DNA of 64,000 nt from Nitrososphaeria archaeon (GTDB lineage: Archaea > Thermoproteota > Nitrososphaeria > JACIWG01): contig JAOAKB010000003.1 in NCBI GenBank assembly GCA_026413865.1, positions 32,480 through 96,479 of the forward strand, given 5' to 3'. Positions 50,629 through 60,635 of this stretch are shown piece after piece. A program made the position numbers and the translations under genes. Below the pieces are notes generated by a model. The model was given only the letters and a program-made list of their open reading frames with translations, was not told the DNA's origin and ran no database searches. Numbering within the stretch: position 1 is the first letter of the stretch; the number at the start of each line of letters is the position of its first letter.

Positions 50629-50779
50629 TTTATTTGTTATAGCGCCCTATTTTGATGAAAGGAAAATTTGGTAATAGCTAGCTATGTTAGTTAGAGGAAG
50701 CAGTGCCCTTAACATGCAAAACCTCTCTCTAAAATAGTAATGTTTAAATAATCAATTAATTTAAAATCCTTGCCAATAT

Positions 50780-52027
50780 TTGGTGGATTGTTGCTTTGTG
50801 GTAAATATTAATTATAGCACCCTGCTTATCGAATCTCTAATTTCGTCTATAACCGATTTAGAAAGGTCTTCAAAAACTGTTTTAGATGCTTTGCTTAAAA
50901 TTACTGAAAGCGAAATTGGGTTTGTTGGCATAATAGAACCTGGAACGAAAGTGCTTGTTATTAAATCCTTTAAAAATGTAGGCAAACATTTTATGAAAGA
51001 GGAAAAAGTCATATATCCTGACGAAAATGATCGCTATCCTGCACCGTTTGGATATGCAATTAATGAAAGAATAGCTTTTTATATAAATGATCTTAAAGCT
51101 TATCCAGTATTAAAGAATATTTTAGAAGATTATTTTCTAGTAGAACGTTTTATTGTCGTTCCAGTTATGTTAAACGATAAAGTTTTAGGCTTGATTGTCT
51201 TAGCAAATTCTAAAAAAGACTATACAAACAATGATTTAGAGCAAGTAAAAAAGATTGGAAAATATTATGCTATAGCATTAGAACGCTACTGGCTTGAAAA
51301 AGAAATTAAAAAATATACACAAGATTTAGAAAGGATTGTTGAAGAAAAGGTTAAAGAATTGCATGAAAGGGAAACACTTGCAGCCATAGGACAAATGACC
51401 CTAATGGTCGCGCATGATTTAAGAAATCCGTTACAAGTAATCTCAAACTACAGCTTCCTACTAGATAATACGGCAAAAAGTAATCCTTGTAAAATTAGTG
51501 AAAGGGTAAGAAAATATGTTCAAGTAATTGAGAAAAACATATTATATATTGATAGGATTGCTAAAGACCTACAATATTTAGGTAAGCGTGAAGCGAAACT
51601 TGAGCCAGTAAACCTACAAGCTATAGTAGGAGAAACTCTTAAGCAGTTTCCTAAATCAGAAAACATAAAAATTATAAAAGACGTTGACAATATCAGAACA
51701 CAACTTGATCCACTTCTAATAGTGAAGGCATTATCTAATATTATATTGAACGCTATACAGGCTATGCCAAAAGGTGGTACATTAATGATCAAGGCAAAAC
51801 AAAAAAATAGCATAATAGAATTTACTGTTACAGACACGGGCGTCGGCATGAGTGATGAAGTAAAAAGAAACTTATTCAAACCATTCTATACAACAAAATC
51901 TAAAGGCATGGGCTTAGGCCTAGCATTAGTAAAACATGTGGTAGACTTACATCATGGAACAATTGAAGTGGAAAGCGAACCAAACAAAGGAACAAAAATA
52001 ACAATAAAAATACCAAGCATAAAATAG
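50780..52027 (+). CDS. GAF-domain sensor histidine kinase
   Basis: GAF (VVPVM…GLIVLAN), H-box AHDLRNPL, N-box NAIQA, DTGVG, F-box FKPFYTTK, GMGLGL. Confidence 0.93.
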   Translation: MVDCCFVVNINYSTLLIESLISSITDLERSSKTVLDALLKITESEIGFVGIIEPGTKVLVIKSFKNVGKHFMKEEKVIYPDENDRYPAPFGYAINERIAFYINDLKAYPVLKNILEDYFLVERFIVVPVMLNDKVLGLIVLANSKKDYTNNDLEQVKKIGKYYAIALERYWLEKEIKKYTQDLERIVEEKVKELHERETLAAIGQMTLMVAHDLRNPLQVISNYSFLLDNTAKSNPCKISERVRKYVQVIEKNILYIDRIAKDLQYLGKREAKLEPVNLQAIVGETLKQFPKSENIKIIKDVDNIRTQLDPLLIVKALSNIILNAIQAMPKGGTLMIKAKQKNSIIEFTVTDTGVGMSDEVKRNLFKPFYTTKSKGMGLGLALVKHVVDLHHGTIEVESEPNKGTKITIKIPSIK

Positions 52028-52135
52028 GATTTTTATAGAATTTCAGTTAACTAAGAATGTTGTAGCATATGCCAGAGTAATTAGAAACTATAGTTAACAT
52101 TAAAGAGCAAATTGTAGAATATATAACGCCTATCC

Positions 52136-53134
52136 CTATGTAAAGTATGGACCTTTTTTTGGTGATATTTTATCAATTCTTTCTAACTCTGCCTCTGTCA
52201 ATTTAAGTTCTGTTGCTGCAACATTTTCTTCAAGTTGTTCCACGGTAGTGGGGCCTATTACTGGTGCTGTTATAGCTGGATTTGCTAACAGCCATGCTAA
52301 TGCTATCTGAAGCATTGGTTTACCAATCTTTTTAGAAAAGTTTTCTAGTCCCTCAATTACCTTAAGATTAAATGGGTCATCCCATTCAAAGTTGTGTCTT
52401 TTAAAGAATTCTGGTTTAAGTGCCCCCCTACTGCCTTCGGGTGGTGGTGCACCTGGTCTATATTTTCCAGTCAACACTCCTCCAGCAAGGGGACTGTAAG
52501 GGACTATTCCTATACCCTGGTCGACACATAATGGAATAATTTCTCTTTCAGCCTCTCTTTGGAGTAAATTATATCGTGGTTGGCTTACAACAAATTTTTC
52601 AAAGCCATTTTTATCGCTTATCCATAAAGCTTTGCAGTGGAGCCAAGCTGGAAAGTTTGAGCATCCAATATAATGTACTTTACCCCATCTAACTAGGTCA
52701 TTTAGTGCCGCTAATGTCTCCTCTAATGGTGTTGGTTCACCAACAAATCCTTTGACTATATCAACATTACTTGGCCTATGCAGGTAAAGGATGTCAATGT
52801 AGTCTGTTCCAAGTCTTTGTAGACTTTCTCTTACAGCAAACATTATATGTTTTCTACTTAAGCCCTCATCATTTGGTCCTGGTCCTATACGATGTCGAAC
52901 TTTAGTTGCTAAAACAATACTGTCTCTCATTCCCTTAATCGCTTTACCAACATATTCTTCAGACTTTCCATTATTGTAGACATTTGCTGTATCAATGAAG
53001 TTGATGCCCAAATCAACGGCCTTCTTAATAATCTTGTTAGCTGTTTCTTCATTCACCTTCGAACCAAAATCCATTGTTCCAAGACATATTTCAGAAACTT
53101 TTAAACCACATTTTCCTAGACGTTTATATTCCAA
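52136..53134 (-). CDS. Aldo/keto reductase
   Basis: CLGTM, IDTANVY, LATKV, LGTDYID, YSPLAGG. Confidence 0.94.
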   Translation of the reverse strand: MEYKRLGKCGLKVSEICLGTMDFGSKVNEETANKIIKKAVDLGINFIDTANVYNNGKSEEYVGKAIKGMRDSIVLATKVRHRIGPGPNDEGLSRKHIMFAVRESLQRLGTDYIDILYLHRPSNVDIVKGFVGEPTPLEETLAALNDLVRWGKVHYIGCSNFPAWLHCKALWISDKNGFEKFVVSQPRYNLLQREAEREIIPLCVDQGIGIVPYSPLAGGVLTGKYRPGAPPPEGSRGALKPEFFKRHNFEWDDPFNLKVIEGLENFSKKIGKPMLQIALAWLLANPAITAPVIGPTTVEQLEENVAATELKLTEAELERIDKISPKKGPYFT

Positions 53135-53250
53135 ATATATTTACCTCAAGCTAGTATATAATTTTATAATTATTTATGTATATTGTTTTTATAAAATAAT
53201 ATTTTTGTCTACTCTACAAGATTATATCTGTTAAATGAACAGCTAGAGTA

Positions 53251-53345
53251 TGGGCCCGGTGGGATTTGAACCCACGGCTGACCGGTTTCTCAAGATCACT
53301 TTACTTTATGAGCCGGTCACTCTGACCTAGCTGAGTTACGGGCCC
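53251..53345 (-). tRNA. tRNA with CAT anticodon, most likely tRNA-Ile2, with a 20-nt BHB intron at 37/38 (53287-53306)
   Basis: Ile-type acceptor GGGCCCG/CGGGCCC-A; ACCGG-CTCATA[AAGTAAAGTGATCTTGAGAA]A-CCGGT; BHB central helix CTCA/TGAG with TAA and AAA bulges. Confidence 0.9.
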
Positions 53346-53423
53346 ACGTTTCCTTCTATCTTTTGTGGAGGTTTAAATAATTTTTGTTTTATTAAAAATA
53401 AAGGTTGAAGGGAATCTATGTTA

Positions 53424-54194
53424 CTAAATTCCTTTCTTAACAATTTCAAGCCATTCTTTTGCAGCCCTAAGTAGTATTCCAATGTCTCCTGAAAGGTCTA
53501 TCATCTTGAAACCTTGTTTTATTCTTTTTACTGCAGTCTGTGGGTCGTCTGTCCATATTCCTCCAGGCTTGTCAGCATGCTTTCCAGCTTTTAAAACAGT
53601 ATCTATTGAGTTCTTGAACTTTTCACTTTCAAATTCTCCTGGTACTCCAAGTGAGCATGATAGATCATATGGTCCTATAAAGTAGGCGTCTACACCATCA
53701 ACCTTCAAAATATCGTATGCGTTTTTTATTGCCTCTTCTGTTTCAATCTGTACTATCACTGCAATGTTATCGTTTGCTCTTTTTGCATATGTTGGGTCTA
53801 GGCCGTATGCTGCTGCTCTTCTCGGGCCAAATCCTCTTATTCCATAAGGTGGGTATCTGCATGCTTTAACTGCTTTAACTGCATCTTCTACTGTATTAAC
53901 CCATGGTACCACTATTCCTTCTGCTCCTATGTCCAGTGCAAGTTTTATTAGTACTGGGTCATTCCATGCTACCCTTATTAATGGTGAAACTTCTGTACCA
54001 CTTAATGGTTGAATAAGCTTCTGTATTATTGAAGTGTTTAGAGGTGAATGTTCTGTGTCAAAGACAAACCAATCGAATCCCACATGTCCAAGCATATCAA
54101 CAACATCAGAATCTGTTAAAGAAATCCAGGTTCCAAATGTCAACTTATGTTCTTTAAGAAATTGTTTCATCCTACCTTTAACAAACTGAGGCAT
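53424..54194 (-). CDS. HpcH/HpaI class II aldolase (GarL/RhmA-like)
   Basis: FDTEH, LIRV, RYPP…RG, VQIET, FIGPYDLS. Confidence 0.92.
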   Translation of the reverse strand: MPQFVKGRMKQFLKEHKLTFGTWISLTDSDVVDMLGHVGFDWFVFDTEHSPLNTSIIQKLIQPLSGTEVSPLIRVAWNDPVLIKLALDIGAEGIVVPWVNTVEDAVKAVKACRYPPYGIRGFGPRRAAAYGLDPTYAKRANDNIAVIVQIETEEAIKNAYDILKVDGVDAYFIGPYDLSCSLGVPGEFESEKFKNSIDTVLKAGKHADKPGGIWTDDPQTAVKRIKQGFKMIDLSGDIGILLRAAKEWLEIVKKGI

Positions 54195-54316
54195 ATTTCC
54201 ATCATTGCAGCATTAACAAATCTAATATAAATTATTTTCAAAAATCTATAAATATACTCTTATTTTATAAGTTTTTTCATTAAAGATTTTAAACCATTAT
54301 CACCAATCTCTAGTAG

Positions 54317-55228
54317 ATGAGCAATAAACATATTATCGCACTCCTTATCATAGTCTCAACATTCTGCTTAGGTATAAATAGTGTACAAGCCCTTTCTCCC
54401 TCACAAGTTAAGGCTGGTGTTTGGGTTATTAGTATTGATAAGGTTGACCTTGCAGCTGGAACATTTTCTGCAGACTTCTACCTCTGGTTCCATTATACAG
54501 ATGTCCCCCCAAATTTTGAATTCATAAATGGTGTACCATCTAAAATTGAAAAGACTGTTGAAAGAGAAGGGTATGTAGAATATAGGGTTAAGGCAACATT
54601 TGTTCAACAGTATAATTTTAAATCTTTTCCCTTTGACGTACAAAATCTTAATATAATTATTGAAGACAAGTCTCTTAACATATCAAAGTTAGTCTTTTCG
54701 CCTGATTTTGAACAAAGTGGTTTGGATCCTCAAGCTTATGTTGTTGGATGGCAATTCAAGGATTTTACATCAGAGAGTATTGTTCACGAATATCCTGGAG
54801 AAAACTATTCACGTATAATATTCACAATATCTATACAACGTGAAACATTTCCGGTTTTCATGAAAAATTTTGTTCCAATAACATTAATAACATTAATTAG
54901 TCTCCTCTCATTTGCTGTAAGCATACAAAACTATTCTCAAAGAATTTCCATAGGTATAACAACACTATTTTCTGCTGTAGCCTACCATCTAGCCACACTT
55001 AGCACCCTGCCCCCTCTCTCCTATCTTACATTATTTGATCGAATCATGTTAGCAATATACTCACTTTTCTTATTTAATATTGGTGTTAGTGTACAAGGTA
55101 TGCGTTTGGTTGACAGAAAACAGGTTGAACGTGCAATAGTGTTTGAGGATAGGATGCAAAAACTACTTCCACTTGTTATAATAGTGCTTCTAATATTCTT
55201 CACTATAGTAATTGAACCATTCACATAA
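54317..55228 (+). CDS. Prokaryotic pentameric ligand-gated ion channel (ELIC/GLIC-like)
   Basis: Signal peptide, F.ADFYLWF strand, Pro-loop FKSFPFDVQ, pre-M1 R, four TM helices with M2-M3 LPPLSYLT. Confidence 0.88.
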   Translation: MSNKHIIALLIIVSTFCLGINSVQALSPSQVKAGVWVISIDKVDLAAGTFSADFYLWFHYTDVPPNFEFINGVPSKIEKTVEREGYVEYRVKATFVQQYNFKSFPFDVQNLNIIIEDKSLNISKLVFSPDFEQSGLDPQAYVVGWQFKDFTSESIVHEYPGENYSRIIFTISIQRETFPVFMKNFVPITLITLISLLSFAVSIQNYSQRISIGITTLFSAVAYHLATLSTLPPLSYLTLFDRIMLAIYSLFLFNIGVSVQGMRLVDRKQVERAIVFEDRMQKLLPLVIIVLLIFFTIVIEPFT

Positions 55229-55233
55229 AAATC

Positions 55234-56268
55234 TTAAATTTTTTTAATATATGTACTTGCTTTGTCTGCTATTGCTTTAGCCATTTCTAGTGTTCCAGCA
55301 TTTCCTCCTAGGTCATATGTAACATATTTTCCCTCTAGGATAACTTCTTCTGTGGCATCAAAAATTGCTTTTGCATAATCCTTTTCTCCAAGATATTCCA
55401 GCATCCATGCTGCTGAAAGTATCATTGCTGTAGGGTTAACCTTATACATGCCCTTATATTTTGGTGCACTACCATGCGCTGGTTCAAAGAGTGCATAATT
55501 GTCTCCAAAGTTTCCAGAATAAATGCATCCAATACTTCCAACAAGTCCAGCTGCTTCTTCTGAAATTATGTCCATGAAAAGGTTTGTTCCAAGTATAATG
55601 TTCTGGTTAAATCTTTGAGGATTCTTAACAAGCTGCTGTGCAATATTATCAACATAATATTCTTCAAACACTATTCCCGGAAAATCTTTAGCAACCCTTT
55701 CAACAGACTCAATAAATATGCCATCACATTCTCTCATAATATTTCTTTTCGTGACAACAACTACTTTATTCCACTTCCTTTCTTTTGCAATCTCAAAAGC
55801 TTTTCTTGCAACCTTCTCTGACTGTCTCCTAGAAATCTTTCTGAAAGCAATCGCTATATCGTCTGAAATCTTAAACTCTATCCCACTATAAAGTCCTTCT
55901 GTGGTTTCTCTAACACATATAAAATCCACCTCTCCAAGGGGGCCTGCTCTTCCCTTAAACGATTTTATTGGCCTTATGTTGGCATAGAGATCAAACTTCT
56001 GCCTTATAGATACAACAACACTCTTTGGTGCACCACTCTGTGGTGGTGTAGTCATAGGCGCCTTAAGGCATGCATCACTTTCTCTCAAAATTTTCCACGT
56101 TTCATCAGGTATAAGAGAATTTCCTCCATGTTCAAGCCACCACTCATATCCTGCCTCACAAGGTATAAATTCTATAGGCGGCTTTATTGCATTAAATACC
56201 ATCATTGTCGCTTCAACAAGCTCTGGCCCAACACCATCTCCCTTTATCAATGCAACCTTTTTCAACAA
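55234..56268 (-). CDS. Isocitrate/isopropylmalate (beta-decarboxylating) dehydrogenase family protein
   Basis: GDGVGPE, LYANIRP, RETTEGLY, FEPAHGSAP, NPTAMI. Confidence 0.9.
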   Translation of the reverse strand: MLKKVALIKGDGVGPELVEATMMVFNAIKPPIEFIPCEAGYEWWLEHGGNSLIPDETWKILRESDACLKAPMTTPPQSGAPKSVVVSIRQKFDLYANIRPIKSFKGRAGPLGEVDFICVRETTEGLYSGIEFKISDDIAIAFRKISRRQSEKVARKAFEIAKERKWNKVVVVTKRNIMRECDGIFIESVERVAKDFPGIVFEEYYVDNIAQQLVKNPQRFNQNIILGTNLFMDIISEEAAGLVGSIGCIYSGNFGDNYALFEPAHGSAPKYKGMYKVNPTAMILSAAWMLEYLGEKDYAKAIFDATEEVILEGKYVTYDLGGNAGTLEMAKAIADKASTYIKKI

Positions 56269-56344
56269 CTACCACGGCTAAAATCCTAAAAGGTTACAAA
56301 TTAAATCTTTTTGTCTAAACTTTCCATTTTAAAGTACATTTTAT

Positions 56345-56362
56345 TGTTCTATAAATAGAACA
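56345..56362. promoter_or_regulatory. Perfect palindrome TGTTCTAT-AA-ATAGAACA in a divergent promoter region (candidate operator)
   Basis: 8-bp inverted repeat between the dehydrogenase and SIMPL genes. Confidence 0.35.
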
Positions 56363-56419
56363 TCTGTTCAAAAATATAGTCTTATTTTTAATAAAATTCA
56401 TACTATAAGCTGATGGAAG

Positions 56420-57178
56420 ATGAATAGAGAACAAGCAATAGCAATATTTGGTGCACTTGCACTAACTCTAGCACTAGTCTCAACATCAATTTATACAATA
56501 CTTCTTAGTCAGCCGACAACAGCTACTGAAGTAGATGAAATAGTAGAGCATACCATCTATGTTTATGGGAATGGTGAAATTAAAGTTAACCCTGATATGG
56601 CTAAAGTAATGTTAAGTGTTGTAACTGAGGCGTCAAATGCAAAAGATGCTGCTGCAAAAAATGCTGTAATTGTTGAAGAATTGATCAAAAGACTTGAGAA
56701 TATGGGTGTATCAAAAGAAAATATTCAAACTACTTCATACAACATATATCCCATATACTATTATCCAAAAGAAGGTACACCAACAATAACAGGCTATAGG
56801 GTAGTTAATAGCCTAGAAGTTAGGATTATAGAGAAGGATGTTAGCAAGCTTGGATTAGCTACTGGAAAAATAGTAGACGAAGCAGTTGCAGCTGGAGTTA
56901 ACCAAGTTACAGGCATAATATTCACAGTAACAGATGAAACATACAAAAACCTAAAAAGTACTGCTTTAAAGCTGGCAGTAGAAGACGCCGCATCCAAAGC
57001 AAAACTTATTGCTGAAACATTAAACATAAAAATTGTGGGAATAAAATCTGTAAATGAAGGCTCATATTCTCCAACACCAGTATACGTTAAAGAAGCTACT
57101 ACACAATCAAGTACCACAATAATACCAGGTCAAGTTACAATACAGTACACAGTTCAAGTAACCTACCTGATAGAATAG
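56420..57178 (+). CDS. SIMPL-domain (DUF541) protein
   Basis: N-terminal TM, V.G.GEIKVNPD, GYRVVNSL, AVEDAASKA. Confidence 0.9.
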   Translation: MNREQAIAIFGALALTLALVSTSIYTILLSQPTTATEVDEIVEHTIYVYGNGEIKVNPDMAKVMLSVVTEASNAKDAAAKNAVIVEELIKRLENMGVSKENIQTTSYNIYPIYYYPKEGTPTITGYRVVNSLEVRIIEKDVSKLGLATGKIVDEAVAAGVNQVTGIIFTVTDETYKNLKSTALKLAVEDAASKAKLIAETLNIKIVGIKSVNEGSYSPTPVYVKEATTQSSTTIIPGQVTIQYTVQVTYLIE

Positions 57179-57500
57179 GCTTAAATTTCTTAAGCCATTC
57201 CCAAAAATTTTTTATCCAATATATTCACCTATTCAAGTCTCTTGAGCACTCCTATAATAGGTCTAAATGGCTACAAAATTTACAGTTAAACAAAACATAC
57301 TCCAATAAAGAAATCACTTACACGCAACAAACTTTATCATAATAAAAATCTTATGTGCCATATAATAATATCATATGATAATGAGGATGTTATAGATTTT
57401 ATCGCAAACCTTAAACAGGAAGTTGTTTTCCAAAGCATTTGATGTACACACAAAAATCCAATTAAATTTTATATTCGTCTAAAACAATATATCCTTATGA

Positions 57501-58331
57501 ATGTATCCTTTTAAACTACATTTTAATCCTAAGAATCTACATTTAAATCATACTATAAAATTTCTAATTCTAATAACATTAATATCTATCTTATTATTGA
57601 GCATAGTTTCCTATCATTTCAGTTTAAAGGAAAGTTTTCAAGAAAAGGCTTCTAGTGTAAAAAACGATTATGTAAAAAATGTTCTTGAAAATTATGCCAT
57701 TAAGAACCTAAAAAGTTTCTCATACAACATATGCGGTTACAGTGTTGAACAAAAACCAATATACTATTGCAAAATAGGAAATGGTAAAGAAAACATTTTC
57801 ATAATAGGCGGATTACATGGTGATGAACCAAAAGGAACATACGCTTGTCTCGAATTCATAGAAACTCTCTTAAAAAACAATAGCCTAACAGAAAAATATA
57901 CTTTCACAATCATACCACTATGCAATCCTGACGGTGCACAAAATTATAAGAGAAGAAATTCTAACAACATAGACTTAAACAGAGACTTCTACAAAATATC
58001 ACAGCCAGAAACAAAAGCAATCATAAACCTATTTCAAAAACATAAACCAATAATATTGATTGATGTACACGAAAGCCTAGGAAGCATGCCACTAATCATA
58101 TACGCAAACAACAGTAAATCATTAAACCTAGCAACTTACATAAGTTTACAAAGCAATATTCCAGCTATATTGGCTGCAAATGTAGGACAGTCAGCAAACT
58201 ATGCAGAAAAAGAAAACATATACGGAATAATACTGGAGTTGCCATGCTTAAGCTGGAAATATGGTAACGGAACCATAATAATCTGGAACATTATATGTTA
58301 TTTCAATATGTACTTGTTACAAAAATTTTAG
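57501..58331 (+). CDS. M14 zinc carboxypeptidase, membrane-anchored
   Basis: GLHGDE, NPDG, RRNSNNIDLNRDF, QPET, DVHE. Confidence 0.88.
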   Translation: MYPFKLHFNPKNLHLNHTIKFLILITLISILLLSIVSYHFSLKESFQEKASSVKNDYVKNVLENYAIKNLKSFSYNICGYSVEQKPIYYCKIGNGKENIFIIGGLHGDEPKGTYACLEFIETLLKNNSLTEKYTFTIIPLCNPDGAQNYKRRNSNNIDLNRDFYKISQPETKAIINLFQKHKPIILIDVHESLGSMPLIIYANNSKSLNLATYISLQSNIPAILAANVGQSANYAEKENIYGIILELPCLSWKYGNGTIIIWNIICYFNMYLLQKF

Positions 58332-58366
58332 GGCTAGTATTCTTATTACTAAAATAAAATTAGTGA

Positions 58367-59683
58367 CTATCCACAATAAGTGGTTAAAAAGTGTGCTAAG
58401 ATTTTAGTGCCTTCTACTAATTGGTCAATTGGAATATATTCATTTGGTCCATGAATATTCATAAATATATTGCCAGGTCCATATGTTACACCAGATATTC
58501 CTAACTTTTGAAGGAATGTAAGATCATTCACACCCTTATTTCCTGAAAATATAACTTTTTTTCTTGTGACTTTTTCATGAACCTGAGCAAGTATCTTTAC
58601 TGCAGGATGTCCTATATCAGTTTGATAAGGTGGCCAATGAAAACGTTTAGCAAAAGTTAATTGAGGCGGGTGATTCTTTAACCAGCTATCCGTTTTTGAA
58701 TAACTTTCTATTGTTTCTAAAATTAATTTTTTTGTTTCTTCATATCCTATTTGCGGTGGGTAATAACATTGGCAAGTAATTTTAGCATTACCGGCTACTG
58801 ATGCTATATAACTTCCACCCTCTATAAATGACACATTTATAGTAAATGCAGCTCCTAAGCCTTGTAAATCGAGAGGCACAGGAAGGCCCCCTACTCCAAT
58901 TACTTGATTTCTTAAATTTATTACAGTTTCTCTTTCTAATTTTTGAAGAACCCTTACTATATCTATAATTTTAGAGATAGCATCAACACCTACCTCATCT
59001 CCACATGGTATTCCCAAGCGTTGAGGATAAAGCATAACATTTCTATTCGCTGTATGAGTTTCTTTCCCTTCAACAATAACTTCAAAATCAAAAGTGCCAC
59101 AACTTTCAACATGTATCTCACAGTTTGTAGGCTCTAAACTTAAACAAAAATCAAATTTACATCCATTATCTAATAATCTTTTGGTTGCGGCCGTCGTTCC
59201 AATATTATGGTCCATGTGTTCTTCACCCACAACTAATTCTAACCCCAAATTCTTTGGTCTCCAGCCAATACTTTGAAGTGCTTTTATAGCCCAAAGCATA
59301 CATGTTATGCCACCTTTCATATCACTTGCCCCTCTTCCGAAAATTTTTTTATCTTTAATAATCGGTGACCATGGATTACTCTGCCATCTTGATAACTGGT
59401 TTTCTGGAACGTCAACCACATCCACATGTCCATTTAATAATAGTCCATTTTTTTCTCCCTTTGAAAAGCATATAATGTTTGGTCTTCTTTCTTTAGATGA
59501 CGCATAGTAAAGCTCTTTGTATTCAAAATCTAATTCTTTCTCTATGAAGGGAAACAAAAAATTTTTCTGAACTTCTTCTTCAAAGCCTGTTATAGACTTA
59601 TATTCTATAAGTTTGCAGCAAAAGTTAGTTATCTCATTACGGTGATCTTCGATCCATTCATCTACTTTTTTTAAATTATGCAT
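58367..59683 (-). CDS. M20/ArgE-DapE family metallopeptidase/deacylase
   Basis: NGHVDVV, GRGASDMKGG, GEE, HGPNEY. Confidence 0.92.
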   Translation of the reverse strand: MHNLKKVDEWIEDHRNEITNFCCKLIEYKSITGFEEEVQKNFLFPFIEKELDFEYKELYYASSKERRPNIICFSKGEKNGLLLNGHVDVVDVPENQLSRWQSNPWSPIIKDKKIFGRGASDMKGGITCMLWAIKALQSIGWRPKNLGLELVVGEEHMDHNIGTTAATKRLLDNGCKFDFCLSLEPTNCEIHVESCGTFDFEVIVEGKETHTANRNVMLYPQRLGIPCGDEVGVDAISKIIDIVRVLQKLERETVINLRNQVIGVGGLPVPLDLQGLGAAFTINVSFIEGGSYIASVAGNAKITCQCYYPPQIGYEETKKLILETIESYSKTDSWLKNHPPQLTFAKRFHWPPYQTDIGHPAVKILAQVHEKVTRKKVIFSGNKGVNDLTFLQKLGISGVTYGPGNIFMNIHGPNEYIPIDQLVEGTKILAHFLTTYCG

Positions 59684-59771
59684 AATTGAAAATTACTATT
59701 TCTTTTATATAAAGCTTAACAATAAGTAAATTTTAGAATATTTAAATAGAATAAATAATAAATATGATGGT

Positions 59772-60482
59772 ATGAAAATAGTAGCATTTATTGCTCATCC
59801 TGACTATACTGAACTTTTTTTTGGAGGCACAGTAATAAAACACGCTCGAAAGGGAGATGAAGTAATAATAGTATCTGTTTCTCCAGGTGAAATGGGTCAT
59901 CCAACAATTCCTCCACTCGAGTTGGCAAAAATTAGGGAAAATGAACTTAGGGAAGCAGCTAAAATTGAAGGTGTAAAAGAAGTAAGGGTCCTAAACTTTA
60001 AGGACACAGAAATTTTTAACACACCCGAACTTAGAATGGCTATCACTGAAATTATAAGAGAACTAAAGCCTGATATAGTGATAACACATTGGCCAAATGA
60101 TTATGCATCTGACCTAAAAAATACTGGTCAGGCTGTAATTGATGCATGTTTGCTATCATATTTGGGTGCGGTCAAAACAAAATATCCTCCACACATGGTT
60201 GGGAAAATTTACACATTTGAAGTACCTTCAACTTCTATAGGTTTCGAACCTGACTTTTTCGTAGACATAACTGACGTTATAGATATAAAAATTGAAGCCT
60301 CAAAGTGTCACAAGTCAATGATAGAATTGTTTGGTATGGGTAGTCTTGAAGCATGGACTAGCATGGTGCGTGGAATAAACAGGTACTGGGGTATAAAGGC
60401 AAGGGTAATGTATGCAGAAGCATTTAAAGAAGTTAATGTACCTTTCGCAGGCAGGAAGGCATTGAACTATCTTCCATTTTAG
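59772..60482 (+). CDS. PIG-L/LmbE family deacetylase-like protein (atypical metal site)
   Basis: AHPD, GEMG, RENE, PDIVITH, VDIT, YAEAF. Confidence 0.85.
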   Translation: MKIVAFIAHPDYTELFFGGTVIKHARKGDEVIIVSVSPGEMGHPTIPPLELAKIRENELREAAKIEGVKEVRVLNFKDTEIFNTPELRMAITEIIRELKPDIVITHWPNDYASDLKNTGQAVIDACLLSYLGAVKTKYPPHMVGKIYTFEVPSTSIGFEPDFFVDITDVIDIKIEASKCHKSMIELFGMGSLEAWTSMVRGINRYWGIKARVMYAEAFKEVNVPFAGRKALNYLPF

Positions 60483-60635
60483 CTTCCCTTATTTTTTTAT
60501 TTGGAAAAATTTTGTTAAAACATTTTCTTTAGTCTGATTTAAAATTCTATTTATATTACATATATTTGAAGATTTTATTTGCCTGACTTGCTATTATAAA
60601 AAACTTAAATATAGTCTTAAAAATTAGATAAATCT

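Noticed and set aside
50640..50740. TTGATGA box-C-like motif and weak stems after tRNA-Asn
   Set aside because: No correctly spaced D box or convincing fold
52725..52785. About 10-aa insertion in the aldo/keto reductase as a hidden in-frame BHB intron
   Set aside because: Only a simple 6-bp hairpin is present, with no bulge-helix-bulge geometry
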